From Patescibacteria group bacterium (GTDB taxonomy: Bacteria; Patescibacteriota; Minisyncoccia; Phycocordibacterales; JBBTRF01), in the NCBI GenBank assembly GCA_038065315.1, contig JBBTRF010000001.1, forward strand, positions 161,642 through 225,641: a stretch of 64,000 bases of DNA. Reading direction: 5' to 3'. The notes beneath the pieces are model-generated. The model saw only the letters and a list, made by a program, of their open reading frames with translations. It had not been told where the DNA came from and made no database searches. The position numbers and the translations under genes were made by a program. Shown here piece by piece: positions 1 to 9,948 of the stretch. Position 1 is the stretch's first letter; every line of letters starts with the position of its first letter.

Positions 1-483
1 GTGAGCTCCTCTAATGCCTATTGGCACTACGGGAACGTGACCACGAACAGCATAGCGTGCGACGCCAGTGAAGGCAGGGAGCATGTTTTCCTTGTCCGGT
101 GACCGGGTACCTTCTGGGAAAATACCAATCATTTTTGCCTCACGAAGATGCTCAAATATGCGATTATGCAGGACTCTCTTATCGTGCACTTTTCTGTCCA
201 CTCGAATCTGGCGAGTAATCTTCATGATTGGCGACCAGAATAAATGATCGAAAAACTTTTCAGCCGAAAGAAAGTGTACGTTTCTATTTGAAACGCTCAC
301 GAAACAAAGGAAGTCGAAATAACTCTGGTGATTAAAAGCAACAATCACTGGGCCAGCTTTCGGTATATTATCAATTCCGACCACCTTTTTTATCCATATA
401 GCTTTGACAACGAATCCGACAGACTTTCGAATGCACCAATATAGGAAGTCGTGAATTTTATCGGAAACAGATCTAGAGCCCAT
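1..483 (-). CDS. 1-acyl-sn-glycerol-3-phosphate acyltransferase family protein (PlsC-like); N-terminal part only, gene runs off window start
   Basis: Hand translation of the minus strand from ATG at 483 gives MGSRSVSDKIHDFLYW...KAGPVIVAFNHQSYFDFLCF... and ...GIFPEGTRSPDK, i.e. the HX4D (NHQSYFD) and FPEGTR motifs of lysophospholipid acyltransferases. No stop codon before position 1, so it is absent from the ORF track. Confidence 0.6.
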   Translation of the reverse strand, partial: MGSRSVSDKIHDFLYWCIRKSVGFVVKAIWIKKVVGIDNIPKAGPVIVAFNHQSYFDFLCFVSVSNRNVHFLSAEKFFDHLFWSPIMKITRQIRVDRKVHDKRVLHNRIFEHLREAKMIGIFPEGTRSPDKENMLPAFTGVARYAVRGHVPVVPIGIRGAH

Positions 484-638
484 TGCGAGTATAAGTATAC
501 GCCCTGGGGCGTGAGATTCCAATTATCCGCAAGGTTACCGTCGGATTGCTTCTTGGCTGAGCATGACAGTTAGGGGTGCCTGTATTTTAGCACAAACTGT
601 CTTCTAGGGTTTTCTTACGAAACCCGACAGGGGGCAAG

Positions 639-667
639 TTGACAGAAGTCGCACAGTCTTGTATATT
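639..667 (+). promoter_or_regulatory. sigma70-like promoter TTGACA-N17-TATATT upstream of the 736..3553 operon
   Basis: TTGACA at 639-644, 17-nt spacer, TATATT at 662-667, about 70 nt upstream of the ATG at 736 in a divergent intergenic region. Confidence 0.45.
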
Positions 668-735
668 TTGTCGGTCGTTTGCTGTATCTGTTGATATGCA
701 ACAGCGACTAAAAGGTTTTTAAACGTCAAAAAACA

Positions 736-2001
736 ATGTCCGACACCTCTCAGGATTCAGTTACTAGCGCGAAAAAGTACTTTAATCAGTTCTTCAAAAA
801 AGAACTTTACGGCACATTCAAGAGTGAAGTCAATTTAATTCTCAGTCGTGGTTCTTGGAATGAAAATTCCATACGATTTCCGAAGTTCTTTAAAACATGC
901 ATCGACATATCGCTAGAAAAACACTGGACGGGCTATTCTGACTCGCTTGGACATCGCTATGCAGTATCTGCCCTACGAAAGCTCCTGTCCTCGCATTGTA
1001 ATTACTCGGAAGATCAGATCGCTCTGACTCTTGGCAACAGCGTCACGATCGGAATCGTCTTTCAACAACTGTCTAGACAATTAGTTGGAGCAAAAGTACT
1101 CACACTAACTCCATACTACCCACCGATCCTGAGGTCAATTCACAATCATTTCCCGGACACTGTTTTCATTTCCTCATTAGGAGAGGAGAATGACATAATT
1201 GCGGAAATAAGAAAATCTGTTCTGGACAATCGAGTAAAGATTCTATTTCTCACGAATTTCATTGGTGTGGAAGGTAGAATCTTTTCAGAAAGATACTGGA
1301 AAGAAATTTTGCAGATTTCCAAGGAGTTCAATCTATTTTTGATCATTGACGAAGGCCTTGCTTTTACAGAAACAAATTATCCGAGGGAAATTAACCAGGA
1401 AAATGTAGTAAGAATCGTGAGTGTTTCAAAGAAATACGGGGTTCCTGGAATGAAATTCGGCTTCATCCTAGCCGATAAAGTTTTCATGGAAAATTTCTAT
1501 GAATCCGCGTCGACGAACTATGGTGGACCATCTAGTTTATTATTCCTTCTAAGTGAGTTTCTGTATCTTTTTGAATACATACTTAAATCGGGGGGCGATG
1601 CAGAAAATGAATTTAGGGAGCTTTCGAGAAAGTACTCTCTTTCTGAGGATGAGATTGCGGCATTGTTTAGTGATTATAAATCGGTGGTCGAATTGAACGA
1701 AAGACACTTTTCCGAAAACCTGCAGGCCGTTCGTGACTGGTACAGAAAAAATTCGAATTTATTCGAGCAAATTTTTGACTTTGGGGGTATCAATATACTA
1801 TTTAAACCCGATATTTCCTGCTCGTGTCACGAGCTTTTCTTGAGGGCAATTCGAGGGTACAATGTATCCGTACTTCCAGGCAAGTGCCTCGGTGATACGT
1901 CTGATACCTTATTCAGAGTCACCCTTCTAGAGCAGAAGGGTGACCAAGAAGAAGCTCTCGAGCGTTTATCAAAAATTATTAGAGAGAATACTAAAGAATG
2001 A
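736..2001 (+). CDS. PLP-dependent aminotransferase class I/II family protein
   Basis: SVSKKYGVPGMKFGF matches the S-x-S-K-x-x-G-x-x-G-x-R-x-G PLP-lysine motif; IIDEGLAF matches the D-E-x-Y/F region; NFIGVEG resembles the NPTG region. Stop overlaps the next start (ATGA at 1998). Confidence 0.6.
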   Translation: MSDTSQDSVTSAKKYFNQFFKKELYGTFKSEVNLILSRGSWNENSIRFPKFFKTCIDISLEKHWTGYSDSLGHRYAVSALRKLLSSHCNYSEDQIALTLGNSVTIGIVFQQLSRQLVGAKVLTLTPYYPPILRSIHNHFPDTVFISSLGEENDIIAEIRKSVLDNRVKILFLTNFIGVEGRIFSERYWKEILQISKEFNLFLIIDEGLAFTETNYPREINQENVVRIVSVSKKYGVPGMKFGFILADKVFMENFYESASTNYGGPSSLLFLLSEFLYLFEYILKSGGDAENEFRELSRKYSLSEDEIAALFSDYKSVVELNERHFSENLQAVRDWYRKNSNLFEQIFDFGGINILFKPDISCSCHELFLRAIRGYNVSVLPGKCLGDTSDTLFRVTLLEQKGDQEEALERLSKIIRENTKE

Positions 2002-2780
2002 AAAGGGACATCAAGGTTGTGTTCATAGATTTTGACGGAACACTTACAAACCAGGCAACAAACGAATTGACTGAAAAGCCTGACGAGCTTATTGATTCAC
2101 TGAAAAAGGCGGGTGCCGTGCCAGTTATTTCAACAGGAAAAGGGCTATATTTTATATATGACCTATTGGCCAATAAGCCCCGTTTGCTCGATGGTTATTT
2201 CATTCTTCACGACGGAGCCTTAGTATTGAATCCTTTCACTGGAGATATACTGCACTCTAATATTATGAGTGCGGAGATTGTTGGTGGTCTACTCGAAAAA
2301 CTGACAGCTATCACTCAAAATACATACCTGAATAAAGCAACCGGACTTTTCTCTGAACACAATTTACTTTCGAAAGACTCATCACTCTTTAAGTTTTGGA
2401 ATAAAACTCTGGATCATGAGGGAGTGTACCAGGTGTATGTTCGAGATATCCAGGAGTCACTGGTGACCACCATCAAGGACCTTGCAGATCACTTCGACCT
2501 AGAAATGTACTCATTCGCTAGTCGTCGTAATAGTAGAAGTTTAATGATTCACAACCGAACGAGTAATAAGGCTTGCGCGATAAAAAAAGTACTAGACAGA
2601 GGCGGATGGACCGAAAAAGAAGCGGCTGTGATTGGTGACGGAGTTAATGATCTACCTGCCTTTATGCTAGATGTATTTAAAATTGCCGCTAGTGATGCAA
2701 TTCCTGAGCTTAAGAACAAAGCGGATTTGGTGTTAGAAGTTGGTGAAAGAATTGATTCAACGATACTGAAACTCATATGA
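1998..2780 (+). CDS. HAD-superfamily hydrolase, subfamily IIB (Cof-like phosphatase)
   Basis: N-terminal FIDFDGTL (DxDGT motif I) and C-terminal GDGVNDLPAF (motif IV); length typical of the Cof family; ATGA overlap couples it to genes on both sides. Confidence 0.7.
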   Translation: MKRDIKVVFIDFDGTLTNQATNELTEKPDELIDSLKKAGAVPVISTGKGLYFIYDLLANKPRLLDGYFILHDGALVLNPFTGDILHSNIMSAEIVGGLLEKLTAITQNTYLNKATGLFSEHNLLSKDSSLFKFWNKTLDHEGVYQVYVRDIQESLVTTIKDLADHFDLEMYSFASRRNSRSLMIHNRTSNKACAIKKVLDRGGWTEKEAAVIGDGVNDLPAFMLDVFKIAASDAIPELKNKADLVLEVGERIDSTILKLI

Positions 2781-3553
2781 GATACAACCATGTTTTTCCA
2801 TCTCTAAAAATGCTACCCCTAGAACCAAAAGACGACCTTGTCTCGGTCTTGGAAAGGGACGGGGTTGTCCTGCTGAATGTCGGTGAAAGCTTTTCCAATA
2901 AAAGTTTTCTGGAACTAATGTGCAAAATCGGCACACCACTCAAAGAGTCGAACGTGGACGCTGCATATGTTGAAGACCTCTTTATTTTAAATGTCAGAAC
3001 CGACATTGATTCGAATATCTCGATGGAAAACGAGCCCTTCTCCATCGACGGGCTAAGAATGCATGTTGAAAGAGCCTTTGCTAATCAGACTGTACAACCA
3101 AACTTTATTGCCCTGCTGTGCAAGGTTTGTCCAGTGGATGAAAATGGAGGGCAGACGCTTATTTATAGAATGAGTGACTTCGTCAAGTGCTTTAGTGCGA
3201 ATGAATTGATGTTGATGAGAAAGATGTATCCAGTCTCAATGGACAGAAAAATTATTTCTGTGAATCCAATCTTGAGTTATGACCGAAGAAGAGGGTTTGA
3301 ATTTTTCTCGTACAGAGATTTAGGACAATATGGTAAGGATTGGCACGTTAAGGATGATCCCACCTTGAATGCACTGGATGTTTCCCTAGTCGCTAATAAA
3401 ATCGGTGAAGTTCTTGGAAGGCATGCCAACATCCGTGCCCTAGTATGGCGTCCTGGGTACCTATATATCTTCGATAATAAAAAAAGTTTTCATGGTAGGA
3501 CCGAACAAAAGCAGTCCCAGAAAAGACACCTCAAGAGAATTCGTGTTATTTAA
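2777..3553 (+). CDS. TauD/TfdA-like Fe(II)/2-oxoglutarate dioxygenase family protein (putative)
   Basis: MHVERAF (H-x-E/D metal dyad) followed by ALLCKVCPVDENGGQTLIY, which resembles the TauD PPxGGDTLFA segment; C-terminal FHGRTE resembles the distal His/Arg 2OG-binding motif. Start overlaps the upstream stop (ATGA). Confidence 0.45.
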   Translation: MRYNHVFPSLKMLPLEPKDDLVSVLERDGVVLLNVGESFSNKSFLELMCKIGTPLKESNVDAAYVEDLFILNVRTDIDSNISMENEPFSIDGLRMHVERAFANQTVQPNFIALLCKVCPVDENGGQTLIYRMSDFVKCFSANELMLMRKMYPVSMDRKIISVNPILSYDRRRGFEFFSYRDLGQYGKDWHVKDDPTLNALDVSLVANKIGEVLGRHANIRALVWRPGYLYIFDNKKSFHGRTEQKQSQKRHLKRIRVI

Positions 3554-3597
3554 AATACGCGCCCAAACTACTAGGGCGCGTATGGTTGGACGATAGA

Positions 3598-4671
3598 TTA
3601 AAATCGATTCGCTAATGAGGAAGCGAGTTGGGAAACAGTCAACGCCCTACCCTCTCTTAAGATGCGATGAGAGATTTGCTGTATGATGTTTTTCTGACGG
3701 TAGAGCATTGGCATCTCGGGGCCGAGTATTTCAATGTTTGCTCTCGGTGGCCCCGACAGTAGATGCTCAAGCTCGATGAGTCCTAGAGCCACCGAAGTTT
3801 TTTGAAGCTCTACTGATCTTAAACCCACTATTTGCGAATACTGATCAGCAAATGCGACAAGACCCTCTGTCAGCTTTTGTAGCCCGTTCCGATTAGCTGA
3901 CAGGAGTAGCCTCAACATGAACTTACCTAAGTCTACATGTGGAATACCTACGCACAGCTTCGGATCAAGAAGACAAACCGACTGGCCGTCGCGGATAATG
4001 TTACCGTCCTTACAGTCACCGTGCAGGAGATTCCTCATAGTCAAATGTGCTGAGACAAGCTCGACTATATTCGAATGAAGCCCTCTCGCAATCATTGGTT
4101 GCTGGAAATTCAAGTCCTCAATAATGAGTGAGTCTGAGGTCGCGCTTATCTGTCTAGGCTTGAGATTGTCCGGTGCCTCAGTTTGATGGAGGCGAGCAAT
4201 ACATTTTGCCAATCCTTCAGCGAACGACTTGTCAAAAGCACCTGGATCAATGCACTTCCCCGGGATTTTTTCGAGTATGACAACATTTGGTCCAACAAAC
4301 TCTAGAATTCTTGGGACCCGAAACGCTCTATCCCAAAGAAATCTGAGCGACCGAACCTCTATGACGATGTCGTTGCTGCATGGCATGTTGCCACCGTCAA
4401 GTGTCTTAGAAAAAACGCTCGGTCCAGCTGCTAAAAACTTTTCGTAGGCGAATAGCATGCTTCTTCCAAAAAGCCCTGCCTTCAAAATTGCCTCTCTGCC
4501 ATTAAAAGAGCATGTGAAGACGTAATTTACGTGACTAGAATCCACCATTCGCAGGTTGCGGACAAAAACCCCGTTCCTTTTGAGCAAGCCGACGAAGTAT
4601 TTGCTCACAATTGAGACAAACTGTCGTTGTGTTTTATTCACGGTTAGTCCTTTCGTAGGTTGTATTTTCAA
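3598..4671 (-). CDS. Phosphotransferase (APH/choline-kinase-like kinase fold) family protein
   Basis: LLHGDCKDGNIIRDGQSVCLLDPK fits the Brenner HGDxxxxN catalytic motif plus a downstream Asp; the size (357 aa) fits the family. Convergent with the 736..3553 operon. Confidence 0.5.
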   Translation of the reverse strand: MKIQPTKGLTVNKTQRQFVSIVSKYFVGLLKRNGVFVRNLRMVDSSHVNYVFTCSFNGREAILKAGLFGRSMLFAYEKFLAAGPSVFSKTLDGGNMPCSNDIVIEVRSLRFLWDRAFRVPRILEFVGPNVVILEKIPGKCIDPGAFDKSFAEGLAKCIARLHQTEAPDNLKPRQISATSDSLIIEDLNFQQPMIARGLHSNIVELVSAHLTMRNLLHGDCKDGNIIRDGQSVCLLDPKLCVGIPHVDLGKFMLRLLLSANRNGLQKLTEGLVAFADQYSQIVGLRSVELQKTSVALGLIELEHLLSGPPRANIEILGPEMPMLYRQKNIIQQISHRILREGRALTVSQLASSLANRF

Positions 4672-4800
4672 AACTGAGAAAATAATACATACCTATAATA
4701 AAAATGTCAAGGGCCCATGATGGTTGAATAGCTTGTATCTACTCAAGGGTATTGACCAGATTGTGCAGCTCGGTCTTGTCGGCCTAGGTAATAGTGCAAA

Positions 4801-5544
4801 TTACAGCATCTCCCCCACCCTCCCCATCACCTTGTTCGCTCCTGCGTGGAAGTCGTCGACAGTGGGACCAACGGAGCCTTTGCCGAGCTGTGGTGCCTGA
4901 GTCGGGCTGACGGGGCTTACGACTTCCTTTGGGAGCATTGGCGTGCCGTAGCGGATCACGACAGTGCGACGACGTAGAAAAAAGTCAGCGGCAGTGAGAT
5001 TGACCAAGCCTTTCATCGCCACTGGTACGACTGGCGCTTGAGCGGCGTGGGACAAGAAGGCGACGCCACCGCGTGCTGGGCCAATCTTGCCATTGGCAGT
5101 GCGGATGCCCTCAGGGAAAATACAGACGCAACGGCCACGCTGGGCCAGTGCGATGAAGTTTTGTAGCGAATACGCGTAATCGTGATGACCTGAATACACT
5201 GGATACGCTCCTGCAAGGTTGAACAAAATGCCGCCGTACAAATACCGCCGCCAGCCGGAGGCATCATAGAAATCCTTCTTTTGTGACACGTAGTACATCG
5301 GTGAGAACCGCCAAAAGAATGGCAGACCGACGCGTACCAGGGGCCCATCCCACTCGCTAGAATGGTTGGGTGCGAAGATCAATGCGACCGTCTTGCCTGC
5401 CGCCTTTTGGGCCTTCTGGAAGGCCAGGAGCTGCTCGACGCCTTCGTATCGAATGCGGCAAAACAACTTGAATACGACAAGGGCGAATACGTAGATGATG
5501 GCCTGCAAAAGGACAGGGATGACGGAAAAGAAGCGTTTTCTCAT
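4801..5544 (-). CDS. PlsC-family lysophospholipid acyltransferase (second paralog)
   Basis: N-terminal TM segment, NHSSEWD (HX4D motif) and FPEGIRT (block III motif). Confidence 0.65.
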   Translation of the reverse strand: MRKRFFSVIPVLLQAIIYVFALVVFKLFCRIRYEGVEQLLAFQKAQKAAGKTVALIFAPNHSSEWDGPLVRVGLPFFWRFSPMYYVSQKKDFYDASGWRRYLYGGILFNLAGAYPVYSGHHDYAYSLQNFIALAQRGRCVCIFPEGIRTANGKIGPARGGVAFLSHAAQAPVVPVAMKGLVNLTAADFFLRRRTVVIRYGTPMLPKEVVSPVSPTQAPQLGKGSVGPTVDDFHAGANKVMGRVGEML

Positions 5545-5603
5545 ACAGCACTGAATATTATATCATGTCTCAATCGAGCGCCGGCACTCGAGTAATAGCT
5601 TTT

Positions 5604-8600
5604 CTAGAACTCGTTGAGGTCCGGATTGGTACGAACGGTCACGGTGATTTCAGATACCGATTTTGGAGAACCTGTGAGTACGTTGACTCCCTTGGTGAAG
5701 ATCTTGAGGGTGTACTTGTAGACGCCCTCGGTGTTGAGCGGACCGCGGATCAAAATAGTCGGTGGAACAATAGAGCTGTAGGTCTGCTGTGAGAGTGCGT
5801 TTCCGGAAACACCAGAGCCTGCTGGACCGCTCTGAGTGATGAAGTAGACATCGTCTGTGTTGCCACCGGAGATACCGTAACGCATCGCCACCGCTCGGCC
5901 TTTCTGTGTTGTGACGGAAGATTTATAGGCACTCGCATCCGAAGGCGCGGCCGAATTATTTGTCGCGATTGGTGCCGCGCCGAAATTCACATTTGAATCG
6001 GTGTTTTCCTGAGGCACGGCTGGACAGCTGATGAGTTGCGAGCTGTTCACTGCCAACGAAGCATCGGAAACTGAGACAGTGACGAACTGGCCAGGCTGTG
6101 CTGCTTGTGTCGGAGGGGTACCTGTCCAGGTATATGAATTGGTCGTCTGGGAGATAGGAGAATGGAGCTCGGAGTCGGTACCTGTAGATCGAATCCAATT
6201 AAACTTGTATGGTTGGTTGCCCTTAAACGTACCATCCAGAGTCGCTGTCCATGTCCAGTCGCTACCGGCACGTGTCGGTGCCGCGCAAGTCAGACCAAGA
6301 ATACTCGAGGTTTCGCAGACGCCAATACACGAGGCGCCACCGCCGATGACTATATTATTGGCACCACCGCTGCCGCCGATTGGCAAAATCGTGACCGTAG
6401 CACTTGCCGATGCGGTGCGCGATCCCGAAGTGACGGTGAGTGTGCCGGTCTTTGTTCCTGCCGTAGGATAACTAGTGCTGGTGTTGGTATCGGAGCCCGA
6501 GATACTGCCATCACCAGACCACGCATAGGTACATGGGGTGTATCTCGCATCGCTACAACCATCCACGACAGATGCCCATGAGATTGCTTCGTTAACATAT
6601 GCAGTTGCCGGGCTAGCTGTGACTGCAACAGCTAGGTCAGGTGGCAGTGGATCAGGTTCTGGAGCAACACTGATCTCTGGACAGATAACAACAAGTGTTC
6701 GGCCGCCGGAAGAAACCGACACGTCTCCGTATTTAATACCGGGAGTCGTATACTTGTTCGATGCTGTGGAAGCATTCCCCTTCGGACCTTCAACATCAGA
6801 ACCAGACCATGTGTAGGTATATGCTCCGTTACCTCCGGCGACATTGGTTGTACGCCAAGTAGCGATTGCGCCAACCATCGGCGAGGTCGGCGCGACGCAG
6901 GTCGCTACGATATTTGGCTGCGGTGTCGGATCTGAAGGAACGAGAATACCGAAGTGGATCCAGCCGAGTACTGTGGAACCCCAAGCGTAGCCAGTATAAT
7001 GACGACTACCGTCGAGCTCTGTAATGATCTGCGCTCCATATGGACCAGCCGCCGTAATGCCGCCCAGACTGATCCAGCCGCTAAAACCACCCTTTGGATC
7101 CGGGTTCGATGCAGTATAGGTCGCTCCGCCGGTGTCGGAGCAGGTACTTGGATTCTGTGCGCCAGAACAGACACGCGCCCAACCGGTCATGCGGCCACTG
7201 AGAGGGTCCACTTTCGCATTGGTCTGTGTGGTACCTGGCGCGACAGTCGAATTCGGCATTGACGCTGTGTTCAGCCCACCAAATTTGATCCAACCAACAT
7301 TCGATGCCCAGACATAGCCGGTGAGGTTCCCATAAATGTCGCGATTCACTCCGTAATCACCACTTGGTGCGGCTTCATTAGTGCTACTGAAGCTCAACCA
7401 GCCGATCGTCGAAGACCACGCCCAGCCAGAGAGTGAAGTCGGGTTAGCGAAGGTCGGAGTATTGGCATCAACGTTCGGATTTGGTGGTGTATTTGGGTTT
7501 GGGGTAGGATTTGGCGGCGGAATAACTGGGGCTGGCGGATTGACCGTGAGCAACACCTGGATCGCACCAAGTGCTCTGCCGTTGTCATACAGAGCAAAGG
7601 CGAGCGGTGTTCCAACACCGGTCACGGTCGGTGCTGAGGGTGTAGCGGTAATGACAAGAGAAACATTGCAGGTCGGATTCGGAGTACAGGATGTTGGAGA
7701 GAATGAGTAACTAATGCCAACCGGTAGCTGCATCCCGGGCGCAGCGGTGAAGGTCACCGGCACGCTCGGCGCACCCGAGTTGTTGGTGATAAAGATCTGA
7801 GTATTGACACTCTCCCCCTTCACCACGGAGACATTATAGGAGTCGGTTTTGGAGACATTGAATGTCGACGGCATCGAAACGGTAAACGTAACCGTTAGAT
7901 CGGAGAGATTGACGTTTCCGTTCGTGTCGCGACAGCGAATTGAGTACGAACGACTCGTGCCATCGACAAGGCCCGTGATGGTAGCAGAATGGGTCATTCC
8001 TGTGTCCCACGCTGTGAAGTTATTGTTCATCGCCGAATAAGTAGTGTCGACTCCTGCGGCATATCTACAAGTCGCCACATCATTGGTTGTAATGGAAAGA
8101 TTCGCATTGATGGTACCCGCAGGGAGCAATACAGGGGTCACGTTCGGAGTGACTAGGGTGCGAATTGGGGCACCGGAACATTTGTTTTGATGAGTAGTGG
8201 TTGCTGATAAAAATACATCCGCTGTATTCAAAAGGCAATCTACACTTTTCCCCAAAGTATCCATGTTTCCAGTGACAGATACCCCGGAATTTTTATATTC
8301 AGCACCAGAAGTCAAAATCACCTTTCGCATAGAAAAATAACGATAACTTTCTTGTAGTAGATTTGTTGATTGATTGAAACGACTATCAAAAATATTGTCA
8401 GAAATTTCTAGCCCCTCAACCTCTGTAATCAATAGTGCAGAATTTTGAAATTCCCCTATCGGACTTGAGATAAACCTAATATCATTATTGGCGACACGAA
8501 AATTCTTCAATTCTCGTGCATACGTACTTGGCGGGTAATACAAAGAATCGCTCGGATTAAACAGGTTACGGATAATTCGAATACCTGCTCGTGCACCTTC

Positions 8601-9923
8601 ATTCACAGGAACGAGAGTTATCTCATTATTGTGAATGTTATAGCCAATCTTTTTGAAATTTGGCAATCGATCTACAAAAATATCTATACCACGAGACACA
8701 CCTAAAAAGTGATTATTGTATATTTCGAGATTATAATCCTGCCACCAGTCAGAGTAATATCCCGCAGCAATATTTTCGCCAATATTATTAAACACTTTTC
8801 CACCATATGTGTGGTGTACCGAATATCCTTGGAAAGCGCTATCTTCGCCATTTACGCCAGTAAAGCGAATAGTGTTGTTCGCAATAACCGAGCGATTCAT
8901 AAAGACGTCCTTGCGCGACGTGTGCGCAGGATCATCGTTCGTACCATTAGAATTCCAAGAGCCGGTAATGTTAAAAACAGTTGACAGACCTTGCCTATTC
9001 CTCAATGAGGAATGTAGGTTGCTCTCCTCATAAACAGAGTTGACAATTCGAGAACAGTGAACGTCGGTCGTATCTCCAGTACAGGAGGCATTGTATCTCA
9101 CATTTGGATCAGCGACGCCATGTTCAGAAAGGAGCAGCAAGATTCCAAAAGATTCTGTCCCGCCGGTTCCATAATAATTGCCAATATTTTTTAATCTAAT
9201 ACCATCTGCAAAATTTCCTTCTCCGAACAACTGAACACCGTGTATCCTCGTCCTGTTTTCAGGCACAGCTTTATTGAACGGAGCCGAGTTAAACTTCTCA
9301 ACCAGAGTCGAGTAATTGGCATCGATGGTCAGATTCTTGATACCCTCCGCACTTGGAACCGCCCTCACGCCACCAACCCATTTGTATCCATCACCCACAA
9401 TCACCGAAATATCTGCCAATCTCATTTTGCTGCTTGCAGTAAATCTCGCGTCATCGAGCTTGATAATCGTCCCGTCCCGAGATTCTCCCACGATAGATGC
9501 GTTGCTTGGCAAAGTCCACTGAGGGAGGCAGCCGTTCGAAGTGCCACAGGTGTTGTTGGTAGAAAAACCAGCCGTAAGGTACGTGCCATTTTTCAAATGT
9601 ATTACCAATTTTGTATCTGACGGCTTGTCCTTAAGGGCATAATTTGCACTATTCACGCCCAATATGTTGGACATGACATAATCAATGCTTCCCATCGGCG
9701 CGCCGTATGGATTACCAACACTACCATCTCCACCAAAGACGGAAGGATCGGTAAAGGCGGCGCCCGCTACTTTTACATACACATCAACAAGAGTAGTGTT
9801 TGCAGGCGTTGGACTTTGCGCAAATAGAGACGACCCGAAAAAAATTACGCCAATAAAAAGAAAAATCCCACCAACGCCACAGAGTTTCCATAGTCGCATA
9901 CAGTGAATTATACAGCACAGCAA
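5604..9923 (-). CDS. Giant secreted/cell-surface protein (1439 aa): signal/TM anchor, right-handed parallel beta-helix region, Pro-rich linker, GW-type tandem repeats, Ig/PKD-like Ser/Thr-rich C-terminal region
   Basis: N-terminal hydrophobic segment LFIGVIFFGSSLFAQSP; many N-x-[ST]/NN..I repeats typical of pectate-lyase-like beta-helices (NNTIRF, NNDIRF, SDNIFD); PPAPVIPPPNPTPNPNTPPNPN linker encoded near 7470-7545; four GWI/LxF repeats; long T/S/G-rich C-terminus. Confidence 0.7.
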   Translation of the reverse strand: MLCCIIHCMRLWKLCGVGGIFLFIGVIFFGSSLFAQSPTPANTTLVDVYVKVAGAAFTDPSVFGGDGSVGNPYGAPMGSIDYVMSNILGVNSANYALKDKPSDTKLVIHLKNGTYLTAGFSTNNTCGTSNGCLPQWTLPSNASIVGESRDGTIIKLDDARFTASSKMRLADISVIVGDGYKWVGGVRAVPSAEGIKNLTIDANYSTLVEKFNSAPFNKAVPENRTRIHGVQLFGEGNFADGIRLKNIGNYYGTGGTESFGILLLLSEHGVADPNVRYNASCTGDTTDVHCSRIVNSVYEESNLHSSLRNRQGLSTVFNITGSWNSNGTNDDPAHTSRKDVFMNRSVIANNTIRFTGVNGEDSAFQGYSVHHTYGGKVFNNIGENIAAGYYSDWWQDYNLEIYNNHFLGVSRGIDIFVDRLPNFKKIGYNIHNNEITLVPVNEGARAGIRIIRNLFNPSDSLYYPPSTYARELKNFRVANNDIRFISSPIGEFQNSALLITEVEGLEISDNIFDSRFNQSTNLLQESYRYFSMRKVILTSGAEYKNSGVSVTGNMDTLGKSVDCLLNTADVFLSATTTHQNKCSGAPIRTLVTPNVTPVLLPAGTINANLSITTNDVATCRYAAGVDTTYSAMNNNFTAWDTGMTHSATITGLVDGTSRSYSIRCRDTNGNVNLSDLTVTFTVSMPSTFNVSKTDSYNVSVVKGESVNTQIFITNNSGAPSVPVTFTAAPGMQLPVGISYSFSPTSCTPNPTCNVSLVITATPSAPTVTGVGTPLAFALYDNGRALGAIQVLLTVNPPAPVIPPPNPTPNPNTPPNPNVDANTPTFANPTSLSGWAWSSTIGWLSFSSTNEAAPSGDYGVNRDIYGNLTGYVWASNVGWIKFGGLNTASMPNSTVAPGTTQTNAKVDPLSGRMTGWARVCSGAQNPSTCSDTGGATYTASNPDPKGGFSGWISLGGITAAGPYGAQIITELDGSRHYTGYAWGSTVLGWIHFGILVPSDPTPQPNIVATCVAPTSPMVGAIATWRTTNVAGGNGAYTYTWSGSDVEGPKGNASTASNKYTTPGIKYGDVSVSSGGRTLVVICPEISVAPEPDPLPPDLAVAVTASPATAYVNEAISWASVVDGCSDARYTPCTYAWSGDGSISGSDTNTSTSYPTAGTKTGTLTVTSGSRTASASATVTILPIGGSGGANNIVIGGGASCIGVCETSSILGLTCAAPTRAGSDWTWTATLDGTFKGNQPYKFNWIRSTGTDSELHSPISQTTNSYTWTGTPPTQAAQPGQFVTVSVSDASLAVNSSQLISCPAVPQENTDSNVNFGAAPIATNNSAAPSDASAYKSSVTTQKGRAVAMRYGISGGNTDDVYFITQSGPAGSGVSGNALSQQTYSSIVPPTILIRGPLNTEGVYKYTLKIFTKGVNVLTGSPKSVSEITVTVRTNPDLNEF

Positions 9924-9948
9924 CGGCCGAGACTGTGGATAGTGTGCT

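Noticed and set aside
9899-9923. Alternative later start (MRLWKLCG, ATG at 9899) for the giant surface protein
   Set aside because: Cannot be resolved by eye; both starts give a hydrophobic N-terminus. The longer ORF is reported, and the 8-codon difference is immaterial.
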